Positions 1-13,931 of a DNA stretch of 64,000 nucleotides are shown piece after piece. Positions within the stretch are counted from its first letter, which is position 1; each line of letters opens with the position of its first letter. The stretch lies in contig OZ076409.1 of NCBI GenBank assembly GCA_964187785.1, positions 92,444,001 to 92,508,000 of the forward strand, written 5' to 3'. Source of the DNA: Amphiscolops sp. MND2022. Lineage: Eukaryota. Below the pieces are notes generated by a model that did no database searches, was not told where the DNA came from, and saw only the letters and a list, made by a program, of their open reading frames with translations. Both the position numbers and the translations under genes were made by a program.

Positions 1-424
1 TGCATTTTCCTTGAAAGGAAAAATGCCCCACTCTTACAGTGACTTTTTTCTCCAGACCACAGACCTCACACTGATAGGTCCACATTTTAAGGAAACTACT
101 AAAACTAATGATGCCAAATCCGGCCAGCGAAAACTTAGTGCAAAGGGTCCCCCTTTCAATTTTTGTTGGCACTATGAGACTTTTTTTGAAAACTTTTTTG
201 TCTCCAAAGGGTCCCCCTTCGATTTTGTTGTTCCCCTTCGTAATATCCGAAGTGAAGCGCTATATCCGAACTTTTGACGTTCTATCCGAAATATATTACT
301 TTGTTTAGGGAGGAGGCGGAGGTTTGAAAACAGGAGATTTTCATGAAAACGTCCTACGCATATTTTAAAAACGGCGTTTTTTGAGCCCTAGATACAGCGC
401 CGACGTTAGACTTTCCTGTCTTGT
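1..424 (+). repeat. Dispersed non-autonomous repeat, Helentron/DINE-1(HINE)-like; 5' end cut by the window edge
   Basis: Shares AAGGAAAATGCCC...CAGTGAC, AAGGGTCCCCC blocks and the 3' end TTTTTGAGCC.TAGATA.AGCGCCGAC...TCTTGTT with the copies at ~2222-2701, ~10840-11342 and ~31545-31722. Confidence 0.55.
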
Positions 425-568
425 TTTGTTTTCATTAAACAGAATCCGGTTTGCGAACAGTTTTTGACTATAGTTTTCAGGACTGGTATTGTTAAATAGT
501 CTTCGTCTTTGTCGGATTGTGAGTCTTCTACTATGAATTATTCTAACATTGATCTGCGCATACAAATA

Positions 569-1454
569 CGGGTTTCCCTCCCATACAAAAACAAGTCAAT
601 CATACTCTGCCATCATACTCACAGTATGATTCCAGGCTGATCATATTCTGGACCATAAAGGTTTATGGTTTCATGCTGACCATACGCTGGACATATATGG
701 TCCAGTCTATGATACATCATATTCTATAAAAAAGCTAATTTTATGCTTCAAGCCTGACCATTTTCTGGGCCATATATGGTTCAGTCTATAATCAGCCTGA
801 AATAATATTAGGAACTTTGTCCTCTCCCCTAAACAATTCAAAACTTGGGGAAATGTTGAGAAAAAAGGTAGATTTGTGGCTACTTTGCAACCTAATTTAG
901 TTTCATGAAAATTTTTTTGATAAGAAAACAGGTTTTAGAGTCATTCAGTGGCATCAACTACCATCATACTGGTAAACTTCTCTAAATTCGATTTAAGATT
1001 TCACTGCAGTACCAAACCCTTGGAGCTTATTGTGCTATACTTTTTTTGAGACCCGAAGGAGGCCACGTTCTTGGCGTGGGTCTCGTCAAGTGCGATACTA
1101 TGTATCTCACGAGCTGAGCACCTCCCTAAGAATACAGCATAAGGACTTCGGCAACAAATTTCTGTGCACTTTGTGCGCAGGTGGTTGACATGTCCGACAT
1201 TTATCTGATTATAATTGAACTTTTAGCATTTTATGATTTCAGGTTGTCCATGCTCTGGAGAATTTTGATTTCAGGCTGTCCATACTCTGGACCATATATG
1301 GTTCCATACTGGACCATAAAAGTTTATGGTTTCAGGCTGACCATACCATATATGATTCCAGGCCGATCATGGCAAGATCATAGGAAGGAAATTTGTATGA
1401 TTTGTATGGTGCCATAAGATGGTCAGATTATGATCAGCCTGGTCGGGAAACCCG
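569..1454. repeat. MITE-like element with internal degenerate tandem subunits
   Basis: Terminal inverted repeat CGGGTTTCCC (569-578) / GGGAAACCCG (1445-1454). The unit TTTCAGGCTGACCATA...CTGGACCATA recurs near both ends. No coding capacity. Confidence 0.4.
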
Positions 1455-2221
1455 GGGCATCCCCTCTTGAAATGTTATTTTTTTCCACAGTTTTTGCAAC
1501 TTTCTCGCCGATTCACGTGTGCCAGTTCTCAGTTTACGTTCGATCAAGTCATCTTCAATTATTTTGATGTTTTGTTCGAGCTTCTTGTCTGCTTTTTGTC
1601 GAATATTCTTCAAATCATAAACCCTAAACAATGATCTGAACTTTCCTACGATTAGATGTTTCGCCGTGATTGACTGGAAATAGCTTCTTCTCGATATTCC
1701 ATAGAATTTCCCCACGCTTTTCGCTTCAACCCGATTTTAGTTCTATTGGGTTGGTCATTTTTATCGAGCATGAAACTGTTTTTGAGAATTTCGTCTAGTC
1801 GTTCTACAATAATCCTGCTTATAGGTTCTTGACGTAGTTTTTGGGTCATTGAGTGTGTTGCTTTTTGTTTCATTCTCCACATCGAAAGTTTTTCTATTCT
1901 ATGGATAAATTTGTATACTTGTTGATCCGTCTACGTAGACGGTGATAGAGATGACTTGTGTTTCATCTTTGAAAAACTCAAAACTTGATACCAGGTACAA
2001 TACTGCATTTGCTGTGTATTAAATCTGTATATTTTTTTTTACTGAAGATCGGCATTGCAAAAAAATTTTTTGTTTGACCGCTTGCGGCATTTTTTATGGT
2101 GCCATAGATTCGATCGAAGTTTTTGACTATTTTTGAGAGTTCGTTTTGGATTTAGAATGAACCTGACTGTGCCTAATTGTAGAGTGATGACATTTGAGTG
2201 AAAAGAGAAGTTTCTAAAGGT

Positions 2222-2701
2222 ATGCGTTTTTAGTCGGCGCTTTATCCTGTTAAGGAAAATGCCCGACTATATCAGTGACCTTTTTTTTTCTTCAGACTAC
2301 AATCCTCAAACTGAGCGGTCCTTTAGAAACAATCCTGAAACCACCTAAGGCCAAGTCCGGCCAAGGCAAACTAGTCCAAAGGTTCCCCTTCATTTTTTAC
2401 TTTTTCAAGGAAACCTACAAAACCGGACGTGCCTAAAGGGTCCCCCCTTTGGATTTTTTTCGGCACTGTGCGGCTTTTTTTCGAAAATTTTTCAATGTCC
2501 CCAAAGGGCCCCCGCTTTGAGTTTTTTGATATTTTGCAACGGAATGTATGTTAATAAATCCAGAAGGGTCCCCCTTTTACATTTTTCGGCACTATGCGAC
2601 ATTTTCCCAAAGAAAAAACTTCAAGTTTTTCTTTCAAAAAAAATGTTTTGCGCTTTTTGAGCCTTAGATATAACGCCGACTTTAGACGTTCTCGTCTTGT
2701 T
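2222..2701 (+). mobile_element. Non-autonomous Helentron/DINE-1-like element (most complete copy)
   Basis: Subterminal inverted repeats AGTCGGCGCTTTATC (~2232) and GATATAACGCCGACT (~2667). These are followed by a short hairpin AGACG-TTCT-CGTCT and a T-rich flank, the architecture described for HINE/DINE-1 elements. An opposite-orientation end fragment lies at ~4041-4090. Confidence 0.5.
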
Positions 2702-5700
2702 CTGTTGAAGTTCAATTGAAGTTCATTATTACAAATCTACTATCTTTCACAATAATATATGTGAGTACTGGTTACGGTTTCATGATTTCAGTTTAGGTTT
2801 CTTGGTTGTCTAGACAATAATTCAATTGCATATGAAAGTATGCACCTCAACTATGAAAGTATTGAATGTATAAGTGAAAATTATTAAAAATTAGGAATCT
2901 TTTCATATTGGAAATATGCATTCATGAATTGCACTAAGCTTGTTTGAGAATATCTGGAAACGCCGATTTTTGCTTCCTGTCTACCAGATACTAAAAAGTT
3001 TTGGAAGCTGTAAAAGGAGCTTTTCATTCCCGGTGAAAGCATTGGCCAGGACACAATTTTGAAAGCAACGATGCTGTGTGTTACCTTTAGTTCCTGGGTA
3101 CCAAGATGTTGAACGGAAAACAAAATTTTCCATTAGTGCCTTGACTAAATGCAACTGCTGTTTTTAAATACTTTCCTGTAACATTAGGACGACGCCATGG
3201 AGAGAATGTAGCTGAAGCAGAAGCTATCTTACTAATACCCAATTTGGAATCAAAGCTGTCTATTTTGGGGCGAAATTACTTTTCTTCTGACAGCATCCTT
3301 TTTGCAGAGTTTAGTACAGACGTGTATCAGTTGATTGATGCCTTGACAGTTTGTCTGTATTTACTTGCTTTTCCCGATTCAGTCGTATATATCCCTGTCA
3401 CTCCAGCAATGTACATATCAACTAAGAAATGGCATGAGAAATGACTACTCTACTCTTGTTGAGTTCATACCAAGGCCTCCCTCCATTAATGCGAGTACAT
3501 CAGCTTAGCTGTCAACGGATACGAAATTGTCCAAGAGGTCTGGCCTTAAATTAGAAAACACGAAAAAAGTAGATAAACTTCTATCACCCGGCTGTGAGAT
3601 ATGGAATTTCAACAAGTTAATCAGCACTTAACAAATGAGTTCATTTTTTCACTGTCTGATCTTCGACGGGTCGTAATTTTGCAGTTGACATGAGGAAAAT
3701 TATGAAGGTGTTGGAAAATTCTACTTCCCAATTCTTAGAGCTCCCATTAAAGTTTGTTTTGAATTCTACGACCATGAAAAGCTGTCAAAACTGGAGTGTT
3801 TTCAATTACTGTTGCAAGTTTCGATTCTGCTTGAATTTAGTTCGATTCAAGTTTTGCTTCACAACAAATTCCATCGGGAATACATTACTCGTTCGAATTT
3901 AGTTACTGTTTGAAGAATTGCAGAGAAAAGGGAAATTGTTCTATTTTTGATATTGAAACTGGAAGTCAAAGGATGAAAACATTCAAGAATAAATTTAATT
4001 CCCCTTTGCGGAAAACGACGGCGTGATCAATGCGGTATCAAAGAAGACGGAGCGTCTCAAGTCGGCGCCCCGCTTAAAGCTCAAAATGCGCAAAGTTTTG
4101 AAAACATGCTCTGGGCGTTTTCCAGTAAAAACTATCAATCATGGGAGTAATAAACAAGTGGCAGTTAGATGGCACTAAGTTACCATAAAGAAATGCTTAC
4201 TGAAATGTGTCAGATCGCTGGTATTGAAAAACCAAAATTCGGATATAGCGCAATATTTTCGAACCTCCGCTTCATTCTTAGTTAAACGCAATTTACTCCG
4301 ATATAATGTAAAAAATTTGGATATAGCGTGCCGGACCACGGCGGCTGCAAGAGTGTGGCGCAAATTGTAAAAGTGGACTAATCTGTGTGAGGTTGTCATC
4401 TGACAAAAAACTTGCCACTGTAATAGCCAGGCACGTTTTCTTCTGGAATGCGCCGACTAAAAGCTGAATGCTCAATTTTAATAAATCAAAAAGATTGGCG
4501 TTTTCTTCCAGATAACTCGGAAAGTGACCGTGCAATTTCCCGACTGCGCAGCTAGCAGCTGCCATTTAGCATAAATGGAGAGGAGCGGAATCTCCTAATT
4601 TTGTGGTGCAATTCAATTTATTATAAAATCAAACGTTGTTTTTTATTTGATTCTGACTTGCTAACACTAACTTTTAATCCCTGTTTCAGCTTTTTTTTCG
4701 AAAGTCTCTTTTCAGAAAAAAACGTTTCTTGTTTTTTTTTTAAATGGTAAGTACCTTAACAAGCAATAAAGTTGTTTGAAACATTTGGTTCCTCATCGAA
4801 ATTGACCCCGCTGTAATGAAGTGAAATGTTTCATGACCTTAAAAATTTCCAAAAAAACTTTGTCTATAAAATTCAATAGATTCAAGCGTTACCTTTTCTT
4901 CCATTTGAGCGATTCGTAAAAAACCGGAAGTTTTGAAGCTGTCGAGAAAAACAAGGTCTCTCAAATTTATGAGCCGCATACTGTGCGATGAACGATGAAA
5001 AGAATCAGCTGTGAGTTTTTGTTTCGACGGAACAGTTAAGCATGAAACAATTAAACTTTTTGTAACAAATACTGAAAAAACACTAAAGAAATGATTGAGT
5101 TTCAGAATTCATACTCCAGGCGTAAATTTTTTGGGAAGTTTCCTCAAGAGATAGTTTCGAATACTACTTGAAATTAGGTCTAAACAATATTGGCAATAGG
5201 CCGGAAAACAGATGATTTTGCGAGTTGTTAGACCATGAGACCTCATATATTTCTATCACTCTACGTGGCAATTTCAAAAACATAACCACAAATAATTGAT
5301 TGTTTCAATGTCATAGCCATTCAAACGCTGAAATGTTCATTAGTCATCTGGCAGGTTGAGGTCCCCCAATTACATACAAGCTGACAGTTGCACTCAGGTT
5401 GATTTCCTCGCAAAAAGATGGAAAACATTTTGGTCATCAGAATAAACTGCACAATGCATGAAAAAGGAAAGTGGACGAATTTTGATTGAAAAGTAAGAGA
5501 CGTTGTGGCGTCAGCAGCAATCAATTCAAAATCGTGTTCACGAATATATCTATTACACTTTGCGATCACTAGTATAGATTATTGGATCCACGGGGAAAAT
5601 TTCAGACTAATTAAGGTCTTAATTAAAGTGAAACCTAAATGTTCTTTCAAAACTGGAAATTAACGTCTATCAGATCTATAATTTTTGTTTGAACAAAACA

Positions 5701-7749
5701 TTTTTCTCATATTTTGACTATAAGTATGTTCGAATTCACTGTTTTTCTGACTCAAAACAGGAAGCTGTTGATTCTTTCATCAAGAATGCGTGACTTCAGA
5801 GGCATACATAGTGTGAAAAAAGTTTGTATCTCGATTCTAAATTCTTACTCCGAGAATTATATTCAAAATTTGAAATTTCTGGTTTGGTTTCCAGTCTTTT
5901 TGCTATACCATTTCCGCTAAATTTCCTGGTTTGGGCTGTGGGGAAAACAGAAAAGAGCCCAACAACTTTCTCTATACGGAACAGTTTCACCTTTTTGCTA
6001 CCAACAAAAGTGCATCACAGCCCACTCCCGGCATATAACGTATTGCCAACACGGGATAATCAGGAGAACAAAAGGCCTTGGTCACGGCAAACTCATAAAC
6101 TACCAAGTTTGTAAAAAGTTTTGCTTACAACACAGCTAAATAAGTTGGAAGGAAGTTTTCTTAGAACGACGAATAGTTGACAGAAGGCTCACGTGACTTG
6201 ATTTTTTTCCGCTTGAAGGAACCTTTCCAACAAACTCCTGGTGTAATATTTCTTGCTTAACGATTCTACAATTCCAGTTTTTTTCTCAGCCAATCTACAT
6301 AGCAATCTCAACGTGACACAAAAATGTTAAGGAAGTAAAAAAACAAGATTTCTTTCGTAATTTAACGGACAACGTACGACCTGAAGTAATCAAACAAACA
6401 GGACTCTCAAAGCTCAGCAGGTCTATCCAAGACATTTGATTGTTATTACAAAACTAATCGAAACAACTATTTAAGACGCAATAAACTTACAACAAAACCA
6501 ATAACCGGTTCTGCTAGCATAAGGGACTAAAACCGTCATTACCGGAACGACGAAATTGCGCCCAAGTAAAAAAAATGATTTTAATGACGTCACTGGTAAA
6601 AGAAGTGGAATGATTTCCAAAGTTTGACGTAATGTCTCCGTTAGGCCTTGATCAATCGTAGCTAATCTTTATACACAACATCACGTCAAATCAGAAGGTT
6701 GGCTCCTTTAGTAAGCTACTTTTCACTAAAAGTGATTGCTTCCGTGGAAACTAGCTGAGTTCATTAGAAATGCAGAAGGACTTAATGTGTTTAAGTATCA
6801 CACCAGAAAGGTGTGTTGTAAGACAAGCCATGAAGTTATTCCTCGTTCACCGAGAATATGCGTTAAAAAGTGTTATGGTTCCCAGTTCTAACTAAATCGA
6901 GTAGTGACTTCGGTAGTATATAATAAAGCTCTTACATATTTTCATAAGGTATCCCAGCTTCATTTTCGTTAATACTGGGTGAATGTTGAAAATGTCAACT
7001 TTTAGGTGAAAGTAACATGCATAGTGTGAACTATTCATTTTTCACCCTTTGAATAAAATCGTATGCTATCTTAAAACATCAGTGTGTGACAGTGTTCGAA
7101 TTTCAATCGAATAGGTTGTCATTATGTATCGCAATTTGTAATGACGTAATATGCATTTGATCATCATAACGTTCCATCAATATGAATACGTTTTCACTAA
7201 CTCGAGTATGTTCGTGGTTGACTGTATAAAACTTTAGAGTTCTCTATGCTCCCTACTATAACTTGGCTTTTTCCTCTAAAATATCGTTGCTTTGTTTTAG
7301 TCGCGCAACTTTTTTGCGTATCAACTTTCATGTTCCAAAACATATCAAATTCTTGTTCAGGTTTCAGTATTTGTTCACGCGTAGCAATGCTTCATCGTCC
7401 AAACTCGTATAGAATTTGATTTTACCGCCAGATTTGACGCAGATTCAAAAATTGCAATCAACTGAATGAAAATGTGTTCAACACCTGTGACGCGTTGTTG
7501 TTGCAACTAGGAGTTTTCTTGCCTGAATTTCACATGCCGGACTGAAAGATATGCTTCAACAAAGGTTTTTGTGAACAGGTTGGATAATTCGATACCTAGG
7601 GGGAGGATAACTTTTAGGGGAGGAACAAAGATGGCTACGAACGTATAATAATGTTGGTTTGTAACTAGAGAGTCTGTTGTCAATATTTTCATTGTTGAAA
7701 TGATTTTTTTGGGAAGTTTAAAATCCTTTCAAAACTCTTTGTTTTAACC

Positions 7750-10700
7750 AAACATGACAACTCGAAGTCAGAAGAGGGAAGCAAAAGAGATACTACTAAT
7801 CTCTGGCCACTTTGAATTGTCTGCAGTTGGAAGTAATGCTGTTGAAAACGCCATTTTTGGTCTTAGCAAATCTACTTACTTCCACTCGGGAAATTTAGAC
7901 GAGATTAAAACGTCTCTCTGGTAAATCATTTCTGACTGAACTTGCCGAAAATGAGAAGGAACTGCTAAAGTTATAAGCTTCTTCTACAAAGAAGCACTCG
8001 ATATCCAAAACCAAGAAGACTCAGACTCTGAAGCTGAAATAAGTCTCGTTGTCCCTACGTCAAGTCTCAGACGAACTGAAATGACTGCTCAAATTCTCAT
8101 GGTGCAATGAGAACTCAAGGACTCCACAAGTCTCGAAATGAAGAAGCTGAAACTGCGCTCAGAAAGCCAAGCAGCAAAAGAACGCCCATTCTAATCCAGA
8201 CTATATTTGCACTACAGCACAAAACATACCCACCACCAAACTTGTTTTCAACGCCAAAAGCTTTCACAGCGAACATCCCAGTCTTCGATGGTGTGTCGGA
8301 AAAGTTTGAAATATTGCAAGACTCATTCAGGAACAACATAAAATGTTCCCACAACTCACTGAAAGTCGCAAAATTAACTACTTTCATTCATTCCTACGAG
8401 GGATTGCCCTTCAAGAATACTGCAACTTGGAAGACTCCAAAAAACTGATCATGTCGATCAAGAGAGGTTTCGGTGATTTGCAATCTTTTGCTAGAGCAAG
8501 ATGCCAGCGGTATGCACTCCGTTGCAATCCCACAAAACAAAATTCACATGAGTTTGGAGGCGTGCTCCAAAAAGCCGCAAAGGTGCTTCCTGACCGGAGG
8601 TCCAACAATTTATTGTTAAGGCAATCTACGCCAAAATGCCCGACCATCTGATAAACTCCTCAACTGAACAAATCTAGAGGACAAACCACAACCTCTTGTA
8701 AGAGAAATGCTACTCAACGGATTGCGCGCCCCGGACAAAACAACCTGAGTACTTCCACGCTCTGTCGACACAACTACGTTTGAACCGAAAAAAGAACAGA
8801 ATCAGAGAGGATACTGTTTTCGTGACAAATAAGGTCACTAGAAAAGTTACTACCGCAAACTAAAAAGAAGGACGCTACCTCAAAACGGAAGCCTAACATA
8901 CCGACACAAAACAAAACGGATTTCAAAACACCTAAATTTGTGACCTGCGTCAAAACACACAAAATCGAAAAGTGTTGAGACGGCACCAACGAATCTAATG
9001 ACCCAAGAAAACAGCGCGAATATAGCATCCCGACTAAGAAAGTCAGTGAGAACCCAAAACTAACACCGGAAACTGGCACAAAAAACAAAAATGGTCGCCC
9101 CTATGATTCAAGGAAAAGGCAGACGCAAGGGCATATACAACCGAAGATCCCCAAATTGCTTTGAAGAGGACTTCATAACAAAATGTAAAGAAGAACCTAC
9201 AGAAGCCTGGCAAAGACGTTGCAATGTCGGGACTGTCTTCCACAATATTGCACGATATAAAACACCAACCCAAACAACTTCCTTATTGGGGGAGTTCGCG
9301 ACGCCAAAACACCCCTCGCCAGAATCCAAAACTGAAAGAATCTACATCTTCGATATTGATTACTGATGTGAACATTGGAATGAACCAGAGATCTACCATA
9401 GAGTCCCCTATGAAACCAAGCGAAGAAACCAAAAAACTGCTGTTTCCTTTGTTTCCTTGCTCGAAAATTCAAGCAGCATTCCAGCAAATTGCGCAACAAC
9501 AACGTCAACCCCAATAAGCAAAAAACATCACGTAAAAAGTCTGCCAGGACAACTGAACTAGAACAAGAAAAAAAGAACATCCGAAAGACCCAAACTCTTC
9601 CAACGAACAGCGAACAAGAAAACAAACACCAAATAATCCCAAATAACGACGGCTAAAACAAAAGAACACACAGAACCTTTATCAGTAGACTTGAACGTCA
9701 TACGAGAAGTTATTCAACATGACGAAGTTATCCAACATGACTTTGGATGACAAAGGTATCCGACATTACTTTGGAGGACATTGTTATCCAAGAGACGACT
9801 AGATCCCGCTAATAATAGCGATAACTCTCAAGAAGAGAAGACAAATGCTTTTCTTTTCATTTGAGTTCAACAGAATCAAAATCGACGCACTTGTCGACTC
9901 AGGTCCGTGCAAAAACGTCATATGCGAAAAGGGCGTAGAAAACACATGACACGAAGCAACCCGATGCATCATACAAGAATCATCACCTCTCTCTCTCTAT
10001 CAAAATCCACTACACAAACTTTGGACTCGAATGAGCCTTCGCAACCTTTACGATGAGACTCAAAAATAGTTACTACACAATTGAAGAAACTTTCATAAAA
10101 ATGACAAAGGCATCATACGCAATAATCATACCCAGCAAACACTCCGCAACACTGAACACTGTACAAGGACCAATCGACTTCACAAGAACACTGATTACGA
10201 TGGCAATCACTGATAAAATGCAAAAGTGCAATCCAAACCCATTACAACCGGAACAGAAAAGGAACACACAATACCACAAGTCGCACGCATCATCCACCCG
10301 TCAAAAGAATGCGAATAACGACCACGCAATTTTTGCCGAAATTTGATGAATGTGCGAAAGTGATTGTTGCCCCAGAAATCACAACTGCCAGAAACGAACG
10401 AGTCTCCATCCAAGTACCAAAGATTTTCCATTCACGAGAACACCCAATACCAAATTGTCTGAACTAAAAATAGTAGAACCAGAGGACCATTAGCCTTGTC
10501 TACATAGCAGCACTAAACCTACTTACCAACCATGACGACGTAGTGACGTATGTCAACGCAACTATGCAGATCACACCTTCCGAAAACAACGAAGAGAAAT
10601 TCTGGCTGTCAGCACCCGAAACTCCTAGCCATGATATAGAACATACCCCAATTCTGTAGACGAAAAGCATCCAATCGCCATAACGTTTGACATAATGATT
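7750..10700 (+). pseudogene. Decayed Gypsy gag/protease relic, distantly related to element A
   Basis: Broken frames give ANIPVFDGVSEKFEILQDSF...MFPQLTESRKINYFHSFLRG, which aligns to element A gag THVPNFRGQKDKFVEFE...ITEENKLHFFQSLLRD. Protease motif IDALVDSG at ~9881-9904; IEETFI and EEKFWLSAPETP resemble element A pol FEETFL and TKWYPTPET. Many stops and frameshifts; boundaries approximate. Confidence 0.7.
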
Positions 10701-10839
10701 GACACGAAAAAGCACAGGAGTAAATTGTTTCTGACTTTTGATGCGTGGAACAGGGGTATTTTTTGTTTTGATATCAATCAAAAATTTCAAATTTCAAGTT
10801 GCAAAGCGTCCTTTTTTTTAACTTTTCAAAGGTAATTTA

Positions 10840-11342
10840 CAAATCCGGACGAGACTGGAAGTTTCGATTTTTTGCCCTTGTGGGATTTTTTTGAAAATTT
10901 TTAAGCATCTTTAAAAGGTCCCCTTTCATTTTTAGAGTATTTTCCAACAGAATGGACGGTTAAAAACTCCGAAGAGCCCTCTTTCAATATTTGGCACTAT
11001 GAGATTGTTCAAATGTTTCATTTTAGCATGATATTAAAGTTTTGTCATTTTATCCAAAGATATTTTACAATGCTATCCGAATTTTTGATGCAATATCCGA
11101 AATGAAGCGCTATATCCGAATATTTGACGTTTTATCCGAACTATTCTGCGTTTACCAAGGAAGCGGATTTTCGAAAACCAGCGCTCCCATTTGTTCCAGC
11201 ACGCTATATCCGAATTAAGAAAACGTTTTTACGAGCACGAAAGGCACCTTTTCAATATTTCGGAAATTTTTTGTGTTTTTCATAACGTCCTGACCATATT
11301 TCAAAAACGTATAGCGCCGACTTGAGACGTTCTCGTCTTGTT
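10840..11342 (+). repeat. Diverged copy of the Helentron/DINE-like repeat family
   Basis: Tandem TATCCGAA units as at 243-290. 3' end ATAGCGCCGACTTGAGACGTTCTCGTCTTGTT. Confidence 0.5.
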
Positions 11343-11743
11343 GGTTTTTTGTTTTTTTTTCCGGAATTCATCATGCAACATCTCGAAAGAGACTGTTCGT
11401 TGGAAACAACGCATGAATTTTTTTGATTCAGATGCCTAACTTTTGACACTAACTTTATTTCTGAAAATTTTACTACAAAATACATTAAGAAAAGTTTCAC
11501 TCCTTAAAAAATTCTATCGATGGATACACAATCGTTTTTGGCTTTTCAAGTTTCAAATAGCATTTCTGAAAACCGTGTTGAGCACGATAGTTATGGAGGG
11601 CTGTCAAGATTGCAAAAAAGATCAAAAGAGGTCTTGCTTGTGCACAGTAGTTTTTGAGTTATTGCATAAAAAAATCGAAGAATTCCAAAGTTTTTGAAGT
11701 ACCAATCGAAATTACTTTTATTCGATATCAAAGCAAATATTAT

Positions 11744-13917
11744 TGTCGAGCCCTACTGTGTGGGTCGGCTTTGAAGGACCTTTCGAGGTTGACTGTCGGT
11801 TTTCGGTGTCTGTCTTACTTATGACAGCCATCATTAAGTCCTTCAGTTGACTGAACTCATTCTGTAGTTCGTTTATCTTTCTCTCATAACTCTCTTTTAT
11901 TTCAGATAACTGAGACGAGATATCGGAAACCTCGTTGCTATCAGAATCATTGGCAGAAGACTGAGCCATGTCTGGGTCCGTTTGAACGGGTGTTTCTGAT
12001 GAGGAACTAATAACTCTTCCGCTTCTGAGTTCGGTGCCTAGATCTGGGTTCATAGAGGTGAGAGAAAAGGAATTATGAGTGAAGACTGGATTCTGGATGA
12101 TTTTCGATGTATTTTACTATTTTGTGCCTTTATTCGAACTCAAATTCACTATTTCTGAACTTGAGATGTAAATGCGATGAGTCTTACAGTAAGACAAGGT
12201 TACTAGTATAGAATGAGAATAGTTAACGAGGATTAAGTAGAGTTCATCCAAATTTCATCGAACAGGTATCAATCAAGAAATTACTCAGAGTTGTGAAGGT
12301 AGCGTTTTTACGATGAATAAGAGATATGTTTTCTAGTTCAAATCTGTCGCAATTCGTCCAACTGGACAGTAGCTAATCGCAATTTCGGTCTGAGTAAACT
12401 CTAATGGCGGTCCAAAATTCAGCAGTTCACGTGTCTTTTCAGGCTGGTAAGACGCTAAATCTCTTACCAGCCGACTCTTATTGGCTATTGCCAGTTGGTG
12501 CTAATTGGTAAGTCACGTGACCGGTGTTGTGAACTGCCGCAAGTTGGCCAAACCACATGGTACATCTACATATGCTAATTATGACTAATCATCACTTTAC
12601 AATGTCGCAATTGCCTGCACACAGTGTCATGGTTTCTATAGCAACTCAAATCATTCAATAATGTACTAATTTCAAGTCAAAACAGAGTAAACTGCATCAC
12701 AGGATGAGAAAACGATGTTTTTCCAACTAATTCTAGCATTAAGATCAATACTTCAAAACCAAAGATGGAAACGCGATGAATTCGTCAGAATATTTGCTGA
12801 TTTTCAAGTCTAGTTTTAGCTCTGGATGAAAATGCGATGAATGGTGGTCTTTTAGCTCGAAAATCAACACGATATGAACTGACGATGATAAAAGGATGAA
12901 CTCTCCTCGAAAATAACTAATTTCCAGCACTAGTGAAATTGGCGATGAATTCAGGATGAATTCAGCCAATAAAACAGGTGAAACAGCTAATTCTGCAGTG
13001 AAGACAAATATACGATGACTTTAGGATGAATACATTCAATAAAACAGCAAAATCTAATGAATGAAATTCCAACGATGGGTTTAGGATGAACTCAACTGAA
13101 ATTTCGGCTAATTCTAACGCAAGTCGAACTAGCGATGAATTTACGATGAACTAGTGATGAGTTAAACTAATAAAACAGATATCCAGCACTTCACTCTTTT
13201 CTAGGATGAATTAAGGATGTACTTTCTCATTTCTTGTAGTTTCTGTTCAGGACGATGAAATATAGATGTGTTATGCTCTTTTAAGAAATGAGAAGCACAT
13301 TGAAGGTTAATAATCACAAAACGACGATGAGTATAGGATGGTTTTCATGCATTTTAAAGTCCCGTGGGATCCGCTGATGGATCACTAAATGAAATCAAAT
13401 AAATGTCCCAAATTTTGTTCACCCGCAATCTTGGCGATGTGATTGCGATGAACCTTGATAATATAGCACTGTGATTTCACTAGTAAGTGAAGTTAAAGGA
13501 TCACTAAGTCCGCTGATGGATTAGTGATGAACTTTTCTGAAAATCGTCACGACTACAAGTCCTGAGGCGAGGGAGCTAGTAGAAGTTACATATTCCATTA
13601 TTTCTACATCTCTCGGTCCAGTCTGACCGGAAAACTTCTCTCCCTTATCGTGACAAACCAATATTGAATAAGATAGCACATTAAAAGCTATTGGCAAGAT
13701 CATTTGTGCGGACACCGGAACTAGAGCGCTCAGTAATAAATAAATATATATAGCTCAAACTCAGGGGGGGTAGGGATTAAGGTACAAGTAACGTAGGGTT
13801 GCTCACAACCATGGCTCTTATTATATGACATCATATTGCCCATATCTAAGTACATAAGACATAATATTTACATTACAAATATTTAGTAGATTACATTTCC
13901 ATCATGCTGGCATGACA
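11744..13917 (-). repeat. 3' LTR of element A (2174 bp)
   Basis: Matches 28688-30861 at offset 16944. Only two mismatches found by eye (12200/29144 T/A; 13367/30311 G/A). Confidence 0.96.
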
Positions 13918-13931
13918 CTCCCCGGGGCGGG
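13918..13931 (-). other. Atypical short polypurine tract region of element A
   Basis: The minus strand reads CCCGCCCCGGGGAG immediately before the 3' LTR TGTCA; only GGGGAG is purine. Element B has the same GGGGAG motif at this position. Confidence 0.4.

Noticed and set aside
1434..1882. Overlapping minus-strand Lys-rich ORFs
   Set aside because: No recognisable domain. Possibly a decayed transposon fragment, but not supportable.
11718..12053. 111-aa ORF as an independent gene
   Set aside because: It is the LTR-encoded gag N-terminus duplicated in the 3' LTR, running into flanking DNA. The same applies to 40392-40838.
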